A stretch of DNA of 62,439 nt, filler included, from Catajapyx aquilonaris (lineage: Eukaryota): NCBI GenBank assembly GCA_000934665.2. It is 4 parts of 4 records of this genome, joined end to end, with 100 filler letters (N's around TTAATTAATTAA, not from the genome) between each part and the next. Parts side by side here need not be neighbours in the genome. Positions count along the whole stretch, not along the records: positions 46,746 to 62,439 come from JYFJ02007490.1; 3 more parts are not named here. The stretch is one strand, 5' to 3'. This document shows, one piece after another, positions 49,701-62,439 of this stretch (position 1 is its first letter; each line of letters opens with the position of its first letter). The translations under genes and the position numbers were made by a program. The notes under the pieces were generated by a model. The model was given only the letters and a program-made list of their open reading frames with translations. It did no database searches and was not told where the DNA came from.

Positions 49701-52257
49701 ACACATTATTATCCCCATGTAACTTGCGATTGGTTGTGATGGTTAACTTCCGCCCACACTTCCTATATAACATGTCCTTCAGTTCGTTCAGAAAGGCGTG
49801 TCGATGCCATGTCGACGCTACATGAGTTACGCACTGTGCAGGTTGGAAGATCCACTTGACATGCAACTGCGGCAAGCCTCTGGTCAAATGATTCAAATCA
49901 GCATGTGGCAGGGAGCTAATTCTGGCGGCACCCATTAGGTCTGATTGACTTGGATCAGGTGGCCCAGTATAGGGTCGCCGCAATTACCAAATAAGTAGCA
50001 GGCCTCCGGTTAATTGACATTTTGCCTCATATCTTAACTTGGGGAGGTGAATATGTTCTATAGTCATGCCAAAGGAGAAATTAAGTCTGGAGTCTGAAAC
50101 GACGCAATTTGAACTCCAGTACACGGTATTATAACTTCGCAGGCAACTGGTACACTCGCTCACAACGCATCCAACGCAGCAAAAGCGCCCGGCTTGATTA
50201 TTCAGGGAGGGCCTACAAATGCGCAAAAATGCTCCGAGTTATGAGGCAGGCGAGCAGCGGCACCCAAATGGCACGGGTTCAATCTTCCCGAACAATACCG
50301 TCCGTTTGGAAGCACCCATTCAGCCCCCAATACATGAATGACAAACGGAAAAGGCAGCAGCAGAAAGTCCCCCACAGTCAGCCCACGCATTGAGCCAGAC
50401 ACCAAATGGTATGCGATGACAGGGGAGCGAAAATTACATCGCGGAATACTCTCTATATCCTGAACGGTATGCAGCATTCGACGGTCGGTCCATGTGTCAA
50501 CGGGTGTCTGCTAAAAAATTACAAAAAAAAAGAGAGAAGGCGAGATTGGACACCCTCTCAGGCAGGTGGAGTCCCCATAATGCACCCTTACGACTCCAGT
50601 ATAGCCGGAGTAAAGCTCCGCCGTTTGATTTCTCACGCGGTCCTAAAAACGTCAGGTGTAATATAAGAACAGCTTTTTGCCGGCTCTTTCTCGCAACACT
50701 TTTACACAGGGTGGTCCAACAATAAAGTAACACTGTTTAGAGAAATCTTACTTAGCTACACGTTAGCAAGAAAATTAGAAATGTGGTCATTTGTAATAAG
50801 TTAACAGCAACATTCTTCGGCCCATGCTCCCTGCCTAAACACAGGCTTGGACCACACTTTTACATTTTGCTATAAATTAATTTTACAGCGCTACACCTTT
50901 CAGGGTTCGTGAGAGATGCCATTATGTCCTTACAGCGCGATCAAAAGCATATCATTACGGTGTCAATAAAATAAACAGACACAAAAGGAAAGTGTAGGAC
51001 TTGCAAATAATTTTGCAGCACTCACGTCAGCAGCGCCATAATTCAAATCTTGCATAGTTTAGGACACACATTTCCCGAATACAAGTTATACTTGGTGATT
51101 TGATAAGGGTGAGGCTATGTAGCTTTTTTTTATTGGTTGAATAATCAGGTGTAGGAGGAATCGCAAAATTTGCTAATACTGTATAAATACATGGCAAGTA
51201 CCGAGTGTCAAACCATTGCCCTTTTGCCATTCCGTCGGAGGCTGCTAACAGTATCGCAGAGACTAATAATTTCCTCTTACTGGATAACAAAGTATGGGCA
51301 AAATTTCTGCAAGCAGTGTTCCTTTCTTATTGGACCACCCTGCCATGAAAAAAAAAAGTCGCACCGACCAGTCAACGGCGTGGTGGTGCAATAGTCAATG
51401 AACCTGCTCATGTTGTACACACGCGTCGTGTGGCCCCGGGGACATTGCGAGCGACGGATGTGCCCTCGTGTGCTGACTACTGTCACTGCACGTGCACTTC
51501 AACTACACGGGTTCGGACCAGAGGTACGCTAGGACGACATAATTTATGTTGCGCAGTCCCAAGCTAGCTATTCCTGCCTATCTACCTGACCTAGTAACCA
51601 GCTCAATCCCAAGCCGGGCCATATCACGTGCCCTTTCCTCTTCTTCTATACTGCAAAGGCCTTCCGTGTTCCATTACCACACCCGTCGCCATGGGGGCAG
51701 TTGGCCCGGATGAAACTGACGACTCAAAAACACTTGATGTGTGTCTGAAAATTTCAAACCCGGCCTACATGCACGGGGTCGTCCATATACACAGCAGATT
51801 TTGGGCTGACTATAACCAGGTAGGTCATACTCGGATTTAGCAGGTTCATTTGCTGTCTTTGCGAGGGTGGTTCGTATACATGAATCCACCAAAGTGCCTG
51901 GTTGGCTCTCGTGTGAATGACCCTAATAATTCATTTTGACTCGACGCAAACAAGCGACAATAGAGTAATTATAACCACACGAGGTTCACATTAGGCCCGT
52001 ACCACCGAGCACCAGCCTTTGATGGTGGCAAAATGCAGCTAGCTCCCAGAGGCAACCGGGGACGAGGGTCAGCAGCTAACGACATTCTTTTGACAGCCAT
52101 CTGCCAGACAGACTAAAAACCCTCCCCGAAGAACCGGGGATGCAAAGTGCATATTATTTGACCCGGGCGTCTGGTGGCTTGGTCTTTTGTCGCCGGGGCC
52201 AGCGGAAACCATCCTGTGTCCGAAAAAGGAGAGTTAAACTAAGCCAGCTTAGCTTAC

Positions 52258-52366
52258 CGTCGGGCCAGTTGTCGAACACATGCTGGGCTATGTCCCCCGC
52301 CGAGTCGTTGGGGCTAAACAGGAACTCTTTGGTCTTCCCGCTGACCAAGATCAGGCGTAGGTTGAT
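52258..52366 (-). CDS. UBL3: Ubiquitin-like protein 3 (membrane-anchored UBL) internal exon
   Basis: INLRLILVSGKTKEFLFSPNDSAGDIAQHVFDNWPD; acceptor TTGTTTGTTGCAG, donor G|GTAAGC; 109 nt. No other exons found in the window. Confidence 0.95.
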
Positions 52367-55300
52367 CTGCAACAAACAAGAGAAGAGATAATGACATAGC
52401 TCGTTAGCGCCGCTGAAATCATTTTCAATTACTCTAATCTGATTACACTGGTGCAACAAGGCAACAACAACAACAACAAAAAAGTGGAGCATGTTCCTTG
52501 AGGCCATAGTGTCATCGAATAACGTTAACAACTCACGTCGCGCAGGTAGCTGAGGGGGGGAAAAAGAGAGGGGGGGACACGCAATGTACAATACATAAAT
52601 TTCCATAACAATGACCATAAATTCCACGCGCACATTTGCATGCATATTTTATAACCACACGTCATTTCCTTAATGCCATAATTTCACGTGACAATGAATT
52701 ATTTATGCCCGGAAGTGTAAGAGCCGTCGCTACCATTAAAAAGAAAACTGTATCGCAGAAGTGTCAACCGAGTGCCGTACAAGCTGCCTCATCTGCATCT
52801 CAATGGATTCGAAATAACGTAAACAGCATTTCCATCCCACACCCCCCCCCCTCGCCCCTTCTTCACACCTTCAATCTTGGATGACAAACATATCTGATTG
52901 TCCTCCAAAGAGAATGCCTCTCCAACTAATTAACTTCGCGCTTCAATTCCCATGTTCATTTCAAATCCTATTCGGACGGTCCAAATTCCATTTTCTGTAC
53001 AACCGACCACCACCAGGAACTACACTGTCAAACTATGTCGCCTCCCTGAATCAACTGGGGGAAGAAAATTGGAAAAAGGTTGAACCCCGCAAAAAAAAAA
53101 AAAAAAACGGAGGGTTGGTGCAATTATCGCCTAAATGCTGAAGCACTTCAAAACCCTATAGGCCGCACCTCCCCACATTTAATATTCAATGACAGTGGTT
53201 AATGAGATCGCACCCAATGTGAATTATTAGTGCCATTAATGCGTGCGGGCTTTTGTTTGCGTCGGCTGCTACAACCGCACTTGCAATTACCAAATAATAT
53301 CCCTAGGTAAGCGGTGCAGAACGAGGGGCTGGGAGAGGCGGCTTCGGGAGGGGGGGAAACGGGGATTAAACTGCCCTAAGGACTGTAGGGGAGCATGCAG
53401 TATTGTCCTTTTTAAAATTACAATTACATGTGTACCGGAGGTCCCAAAACTCCGGGTTGTAAAGCTACACACTAGTGGCCCAGAGTGAATTTGTTGCTAC
53501 ACTATACGTCCTGGTTGGGCTGATTGGTGGATTCCAACCGCAACGACCGAAAAGGCAGTGTGAACCCATCTTAAGTTATAACGTTTTACACAATAAGCAG
53601 GTCGAAAGTGGCCCTTTGCTCATCCCTGCTCCACAAAACGTTGCGGCAGCAATGAAAACTGCAGCACGTCGACTCCTGGGTTGTAAAACCTCTTTTTTTT
53701 CCTCCCCTTCCCCAACCGCCTTGAGAGACGCATGTTCCAGCCTTTAATTTTCCACATACGATACGCCCCTGGAGAGCCGTACGACCGAAATGACAAGACG
53801 ACGACAATTTCGTGTCATATGACAAAGTCATCGCGGATGCTGCTCCTGAGACCTCTCACAAACCCCGTGCAATTTATCTCCAGGCTCCGGTAATAAATGA
53901 TGGGGGCAAATCACTTAAGTCCCTTTTACCACCGACACCGACACAATGTCTAAGTCAGCTGTACGCTCAGGCAACCCTGGCAGTAAATCAACGGCATTTC
54001 CACAATGACATTTCGTGCTGCATCCGTAATCATTGACGTTTGCAGGCCGAAAACACGGCATGAAGCATACGGGTTGCGACACCAGGCATTACGGTAGTTT
54101 ACTGGCACGATTGTCACCGCTTGACTGAGAACAATTGGAAGTGAAATTCAGTCCACGACTCCAAATTTATTACCCTAATTAAGATCGGAGGAGGTACGCA
54201 CGACCGGAGGTACATGCCACGCGCATTTATAAAGCCATTTGCGTCATGACCATCGATTCAATCCTGATCCGGAACATTGCCCGCCCATGCAAATGTCTTT
54301 TAAAAACACCACCCATGCTGCTGCATGCCCCGTCACATTTCAAATCCCTTGCTTCACTCGGCAAACACCTTGTGGCCCAGGGGGGTTACGAATCGATGTG
54401 TGCAATACTCAGGTACCATGCGCATTACACATTTTGCAACAAGCTGATTAACAATGGCGGCATAGTCTCCCTCTACTTAATTAATATTGCACCGCCTGTT
54501 GGCCCTCTCTGAAATTTACATGTGGGACCCCCCTTTTCACCGGGACCCGGTATACAAATGACTGCCAAAATGGAACTGTTTTGGCCTCGTGCACGAGTGC
54601 ATTTGCCATGTGGCTTGACACTGGCCCCCACAACACGGTCACATAAGAGAGATCCGCAACACACAAAAAATGGCACGACGCGACGTACACAAACCCCCAG
54701 AATAACCCGTGCCCTCAGCTGTGGGTAAAGATAGGGGGCAAGTTTCGGTCCCGAGAGAGGGTAATTTTAGCCTAATGGGCTTCGCAAAACTGCAAAGTCT
54801 GTCACAGTAAACGAAGGGTGGGAATGTTTTCGAGCTAAGAGGCTCTTACGATCGGTTTAACAGTCGGAAGAAACGTTCAAACGATAGAACTCAAGCTGTT
54901 TCCAACCTTCTAAGCGTGGAATCTGCTTCCATCCATGCGCCAGTGCGTGTCCGACGTAACGCCTCGTGACGACGGCGCATCTCTCAAGACTTGCGACCTG
55001 TGTTTCTTACGGCTCTCACTTCCACGCAAAACTTGCCGAGCACGTGGAATACATCCATGCATTCTTGACACTCATGCATATATATGAGTTTACCCTTCCC
55101 AAATTACTCCTCGGCTTATTGCAGGTGTCTACATAGCTCGGAAATCGTGCATGACTCGACGTCACAACGTACCAAGGCTGTCATCGTCAAGTGGGCAGCA
55201 CATGGCTGTCCAACACGTGAAGGTTCCGAAATTACGCGAGCACATTCCAAATTCTCTGAATTATTAGAGTTTGGCATTCTTGGTTGGACCAGACCAGTGT

Positions 55301-58300
55301 TGTGATTCGCATACTTGTTGCCAACAAGGGCTGCAAATGTTCAGATGCTCCAATAATAAAGCGTGAAACATCAGAAATTCTGCTTCAACGCACATGATCT
55401 GTGGTCCGTACAAAGCGCGGAAGTGTGCAGTGATTTACATCGCTTTGATTCAAAGGAGCCAATTGTAAACTCCCACCGCACAATCACAACCATGCAGGCG
55501 CTATCGCCAAGGGACGTGTTATTGTTATGATCGGCGCCAACAAGCAACACGAGCAGGCGCTAATAACCCTGCCAAGAGCACACTGGAATTGGCAAACAAT
55601 CCTCAAGCGACACGCCTTCTAACATGTCCACGGGATTGCTGCCAACTCGAGAGAAGGGTCGAATTCGATATGCAAATGTGCAGAGACGGTCCATGTCCCC
55701 ACCCCAGCCTCTCACCCCACACAAACACACCTTTTTCTATATCATTCGGTAAGGGGAAAGCGGCAGATTCCCCACAACGTACCCACATCCGGCATTAGTC
55801 AAGTGGGTCGATTCCATCGATTTCATAATCAGTTCTTGGGGGATGCCACCGATTACACTCCTCTCAAAAGAGAACCCCCCCCTTCCCCTTCCAAAGAGGC
55901 CTTCATTATCCTTTTCGATAACGTCTTTTGTCCAGGCCTCAAGACGTCTTTTGTGGTCGCAGGGGATTCCCTGAAGGGTGGTGCTAATGGCGCCCCTCTC
56001 CACAGATGAACAATCCTAATGCAACGCTTTTTGTGTGTGTGTGTGTGTTTCCTACCTACTAAAGCCCCTACCAAAAAAAAGAGGGGGTGGGTGGTGGGAG
56101 GGAGAAAGAGAGAGACCGAGCTCAGCGGACCATGCGGGCCACACTTTAATTTCGATCATGGCAAGCCCCCAATCACACAAACCCAACTGGATTGCTTCCT
56201 GTATGACAAAACCAGCGCAGAGGCCTGTGACATCGGGGGGGACCAGGGCACAGCCTTCGTTAATGACAACGATTCTATTTCCATCGCGCTCACTCGATGC
56301 TGGCCAAGGCTTTTTTGGGGGGTGGGGGGTATGCTGGGGAGGGATGTCCAGCTATGCCTCCAATTGCCCTCCCCCATCGGTCATATACTTTTCATTGGAT
56401 GATGGCCTGCGCGGTTAATGGAGACGTTGCAAAGGGAGGGTTGTCGGTGCTGCCATGCCAGTCGTGTACCTCATTGTCTTCACAGAGGGCAAAACCCCTC
56501 TTGAGCAACTTCATTCCTTTTTGGTGCACAAAACAGCTCCTTGTGCTGGAGCCAAGCTGCATAAATCTTCCTATAAGGATTTATAATGACGGGCCTTTGC
56601 AAAACCCTGATTCATTGCTCCAACTACTGTTATGTTCGGGCTAGGTCGGACACAATCGCAATGTATTATGCATGCGAAATATTCGCTGATGTAATGCAGT
56701 CTTAGGAAAGTGGTGGCTTTTAGAAGATGCAACTTGTACACAACGTTCTAACATCGCAACAAAGCATTTGAAAATGAATATGTTATTCGCGAAGGGTTGC
56801 ATTACATCGCCAATAAATTAGGGTACCCGACATGAAAGAATGTGCATGAATAACAGCGAATATTTATCACAGATATTTTATAAGTTATTACGGGACATAA
56901 CTTGTAAATGGGCAACAATTGTTCAACTTTCCGCAAGTGCTCTTTAGCGCCTATATTATTAATTTTTTAAATAACAAATCCTTGCCTCATGAGATGTTTA
57001 AGGAGCCTTGACCATCTGGAGTGTGTATCGCAGTTCCACGTATACGGGAAGCTGAGTCGCAACTGATCGACAGTAATTAAATTACTATCCCGTAACTTTT
57101 CTTACCGCTCGCACGGACTGTACAGCACCACAATCTTGCTAGGGGAATTGGTTGCAAATTGCACCTGGGAAAAAAAGGGTTACGGCCGGAACTTCAGTTG
57201 CAGTTAGCGAGGCACCTGGGCAAAGTTACTCCATGTCAAAACTTTACAGTATCAACTTCAGAAAAGCAATTACCTCAACTGTATACAGGTACAGTGTTGT
57301 GGCGTTCGGACCTCGCTTTTTTCTATATATTCGCATGACGGCAAATTCGTTTATGCCACATGTCCACAGGATATTTGAAACTAATACAGTGTTTACCACA
57401 CGCTTGAACCCTGTGTGTAAGCAAATATTAGTTGTTTTTGTGTGCACGCAGTGTGCGGTCCACAACATCGCACTGTAATGGGCATTGCTCTCTTGCCTTA
57501 AAAGTTTCATCCTACATGCTAGACAGCCCCGCTGCACAAGGCAGGAATGCAGGGATGTCATGAATAGCCAGGATAAACGACCTACTACGTTATATGAACG
57601 GCAGCAGAAATAAAATCCGCATATGTACTTATCCAGCATCCTCCCCGAAGCTGTAAACAAGTACTGTAGGTACGCTGTCAACATAAGAGTAAAAATTGAC
57701 CTCTCTCTATATATATGCAATGGTCTACTGTGCATCCGTTACTGTACAGCAAACTCGTTTATTTCCATCCCATCTCCCCAAAACTCATCAAAATGGCAGC
57801 CTTTAATAACTGTCTCCGCATATGAGTGAAAATCCAGGCAAATGACCCAAGCAATTAACCTGGACGATGCCTCATTTGTGTGATCGAGCCCCAAGTTGAC
57901 GGAGGAGAAAGGGGCTGTAAATATCGCAACTGTGGAGCATTTCCATTTATTGCTACACGAATATGGAGGACAATAAACCTTTTGACTCGGGAGTAAACAT
58001 GCATTAATTCATTGGGCGTGGAATATTGAGCAAGAACACGTCCTTTCATGCCCATTATTCATCCGGATGTCATGTATAAACATACGGCCATTAGAATAGG
58101 TCAGTGAATTCGGAAAATCCCATTAATGACAGAATTCTCAGTGTTTCAAAAAAATATGCCGCCAATTCTGGCAATTATACCCGTTCCTGCAGGCGATTTC
58201 TTCTCCACCATTTTCATTTTTAAAAAAATGATAATACCGGCAGTTGCTTTAAAAGTATGGTTGTGCGGTCATGTATTGGGTGGATAGTATGGGCTCGGGG

Positions 58301-61300
58301 CCTAGCATTTCGGGTGGGCGTTATGGGTCACGGCTGCGAAGATGGGGGTCCAGTCATGATCCGACCAGTTCGCGCCTTTATTGCGCATCTCCAATGAACC
58401 CACCCTCATCCCACCAACCACTCGTGTTGTTGTTTACGTGACATTATGGACAGGCCTGCCAGCCATTGGAAGCAGATGATGTGCCACAAATCTCACGCAC
58501 ATTTTGCACACAGGAATGACCTTCACAAGGATGGGCTTAAATACACAATTCCCGAACCGGGTTATGATGGTGGCACCATCTGACAACCTACGATATCACA
58601 ATCAGCCGGTGGCACCCTCCATTTATTCTGCTTCACGGTTGGCGGCCTCCCTGAGTGCAATTTGGCAGCGCGCATTCAGGTGTCCAATGGACCCTGTTGG
58701 GCACTAACCGGGAAGGGTGATGGGCAAAGGGGCGACACATTCAAAGACTATAGCCCATTTTGTGAAGGGTGTCGAATCAGCAACCACGGAGGACGTCACC
58801 AACCAATCGTCACATTTCATTGTCACATGTGCGAGTATATCTCGAGGACTATTAAAAACACACGAGTAATATACAATAACTACAGCACAATCAAATGATG
58901 GCTCAACTTCATTATGAAACGTGGAACAGTGAATGAAAATCTGACTGTTCACACAAACAGAAGTGAATTATTTTGCCTGTGCCGCAACAGTCGTTTCCTC
59001 AAAGGTTCTGTTGCTATACCGCCTCTGCAGCCAGCGGACGTGTGATGTAGGACATCGATTTTGGGACGCCAGAGTTGGTCCCTTGTTCGGTTGGATGTGC
59101 GTAGGTCAGGTGCATGACAAAAGGCTTGAGAAATGGAAACATGGTCGATATAAGTGCTCTTGAGGCTTACTCTAACACTGAAACCCACCGGACAATCCCC
59201 AATGCTGTCATTTGGGACCTGAAGAATTCCCTTTAGTGTTACGCTGAGTATACGAAAACAAGAAAAACAAACCTAAAATCCCCATGTTTTCAATGAAATT
59301 GAAGCCCTTGACCACGAGCCACCCTCTGATGATACTGCCACCATCTCGACTGATACTGGCGATACGGAACTCATTTATATGCGCAGCGATCTTTCGATTC
59401 GAGAGTAGTTTTCGGTCGTTGCATTTGGAATCGTGATTCTATGTCCTCCGAATACGAAGGATTCAGTCACGTTGTCTTCCGCTGTCCTACATCGAAAGTG
59501 AGCAAGTGCCCAACTCTAAATGTACCACTTCACCTGTACTCTGAAGCAGTGTCAAAATGTACAGACCTATACACTGCACGGAATTCGGTTATACGTAAAA
59601 GGTCAGGTTTCTTATACACAACACCCTGGGAACGACCAAATCATTACGTATATATTTCGTTGAAATTGTATGCCTGCGTCATGTTGTCTATTAATTATTT
59701 TGCAATGATGTACGAGACATCGCCCGATAATTTTCATGGCCAATAAGCTTAATTTGCATGAAGTTTATTATTTTACATTAGCCTAGTTAATGCGAATAAT
59801 TTGCTCATATTTATACACACAACTGATAATACAGTTGCATCATGTGCATTTGTGGATTATGTGCGCTGATCATGCATGCCGCATAACCCGCTCAGATAAT
59901 TTTATTTACCCTGCAGTGTATGAAAATACATAATCAAATTACATGAGAAGCAACAGTGATAACAGATTTAATCAAGCGTAGCGACTTTTGACACTCTGTA
60001 CTCGAACAAAAAGGGGTCTCACCCATCATTTAAAAAAAATTTCAAGCAAGTCGAATTACTCATCGGAATTATACAATTAATATTTCCTGCTCTTTCGTCA
60101 GTTGGATTTTATCGGTCTGCACCAATTGATTCTGTATATAAAGCACACTAACGGTGCAGGTTGATTTAGCAACCCTTCTCCACAGATGTCGCACGACGCT
60201 CTCCGCCTATACAGGCCATGGCTTTTCCTGCGCATCCCGCGCTCCGCCAATTTTCTAATGCAGTTCATACAGCCATTGAGAAAACAGGCAAAACTATTTG
60301 TTATGGCGCTTTCCGCGTGAAGGCACACAATTTATCCCAAGAGCACTCTAACCGAAGACCTCAATTTTTCCGAAGCCTTTCTCCCCCACACCCCCCGTCT
60401 CTCTTTATAGAGCCAGAAATTCTCCGCAGGCTCCGCATCCGTCTCCTGACAAAAAGCTCGCAAGACATCACTCGACTTCCTTTTTGAGGCCGAGACGCAT
60501 CCATCGAATCAGAACTGGGGATATGTTGCATATTCTCGGGAAAGAAGAAGATATCAAGCAGGGACCAATAATAATTAAAGCATTCCATTTCCAAGGAAGG
60601 CTCGGTTTCTTGCTCCCCCTCCATCCTCTCTGCCCCCTCCCCTTCTCTCCAGACGCTTACGTATGAAATATCAGTATTGATCACGGCGCATGAGAAATCT
60701 ATGCTAGCAACTCCGGGAGACGACTCTTGATATTCTTGCTGCCCCCTCTATATAAACAGGAACTTTTTTTTCCCCCATCTTTCTCTTGGGAGGGGTCCCT
60801 CCCATCCCATTTGCATGATGCCACAGGCTACACCGTAAAATCCATGCTCGACCCAAATTTCGAACAACTGGGTGCGACTCGCGTCCACCGAAAAATATTG
60901 ACCTGCGACGCTTTTGTGGGGGCGGTTTTGTACGAGGAATCTTCCCTTTTCGGGATGCGGCAGGGAAGAAAAGTCTCGACGCCGCCCGACTTTCATTTGT
61001 CATTCTCTTCAGACTTTTCTGCAAGGAAACATATTGCTCTATAACTTGGTCTGCGCTGTAATGCCCCGTCCCTTTATTTTTTTTTATTTTTTCTTCTTCT
61101 TCTCTCTCCGTCAATCCCATCAGTTTTCAAAGGCTCGCCCTGGAGTGGATGATAGAAAATCATGGCTTGCACGAGCTGCACAAACTGAAATGCTGCATTA
61201 CATACTCGAAATCAATATCGGGCATGTCGATCACAAATAGCGAATGAACCGCCAGCATTCACTTTCCATTTTTTTTATTTTCAGGCAAAAAGCTTCTGAG

Positions 61301-62439
61301 GAAGCCGCGGAATTTTGCGTATTATCAGAAAAATGCAGTCACTGTGAAGCCAACCAGGAAATAGCCCGTAACTTTCTCTCCCCCTGCGCTTTGCATTATG
61401 GTTATGCACAAACATACAATTTCCGGACACAAAGCAGCTTCAGGCTGTGGGTGTGAACGCTCTATTAATTCAGCTTTAAAAAAAATAATCCGGTCGAAGG
61501 TCAAAGGGCGACAATGAGATATTGGCGTTGTTGTGAGCTGCAGCGTGGCAACATCATATCCTCCAAGGATTTTAATATTCCCTCGATCCCTTACGTCTTT
61601 TGAGGCGCTGATCGATCTTGTTTGCAGCAATGTAGTGCAGGATGACGTCTGCCGTTACGTCACACTCATTCTACAGCACAGTCCCAGACAGAAATGCGCC
61701 ACGATAATGCTTATCTACCCTCCATTGTAAACACTGAACATGACGAATGACCGATTATTCTGGCATAAAGTACAAAACAGTACTTAACGGCCGCGAATGA
61801 ATTATTATGGTCGCCACCAAAGCAGGTATGTTTTACATAAATAAACTGCAGCGCTACTTTTCGCAGTTGGGTTAACGCGGAATATTACCGCGTATGGGCT
61901 ACATCGTCCAAACTCATTATTATTACATTAACAGGTGAATCGCCATACGCCTGCTATATTGATCAATACATCGATTATTGCGCCTACTGTAGCGTACTCT
62001 AAACTTTCCCATTTGTAAGACCCCGGCAACCTAATTTTGCTCAGTTCTGGCGTCAAATTCAGCCCGACCTATATTCGCGCATTAACACTGCAATGGCGTC
62101 GTGCCATACAGGTAATTCAATATTAGAAACAACGTGCTACGAAACTTTCCCCAACCATCCAACGTGAGCGTTACTATATATTACATGAAATTTTAATTCC
62201 CAGCAATCCGACTGCAAACGAAACCTCTCTGCAGTCTCCTCCATTTCAAGGTAACTGACATCCTGCAGCTTGTATACAGTAAATGCCAGTTTATACTGGA
62301 AATTTTCTCCACGTCCGATGTTGCATACTGCATTCCACATCCCTCCCCATCATATTCTGCACTGCCAGTGAACTCGTCCTTTTAATTTCCTGGAAACGTT
62401 GTGTAATCACCCAAGTTTTGGATTACTCGAGGGAATAAG

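Noticed and set aside
52367..62439. Many 60-160-aa ORFs in the last contig
   Set aside because: No recognisable motifs, overlapping on both strands, expected by chance in GC-richer intronic DNA.

Overview
Repeat-rich invertebrate (animal) nuclear DNA made of four contigs joined by three artificial 100-bp spacers (44N-TTAATTAATTAA-44N), so adjacency across the spacers is not biological evidence. Recognisable host genes are YIF1 (two coding exons, + strand, cut off by a gap) and one internal UBL3 exon (- strand, in a nearly repeat-free contig). The rest is tRNA-derived SINEs, many palindromic MITE/foldback DNA elements (Tc1/pogo-, hAT-, Sola2-, PIF-, piggyBac- and Helentron-like), a decayed LINE, LTR-element remnants, a spliced 176-aa transposase-like ORF and microsatellites. 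The most unusual signal is an old tandem duplication (about 22.5-28.55 kb). Each unit carries two different minus-strand non-coding RNA genes (here A and B). Each begins with a 7SL/SRP Alu domain, lacks the S domain, sits behind a shared GATGCTTAAATACCCC TATA element, and continues through a variable linker into a conserved, covarying structured 3' domain. This is a BC200-like architecture that I do not recognise from any invertebrate. All family assignments were made by eye and need HMM/covariance-model confirmation.
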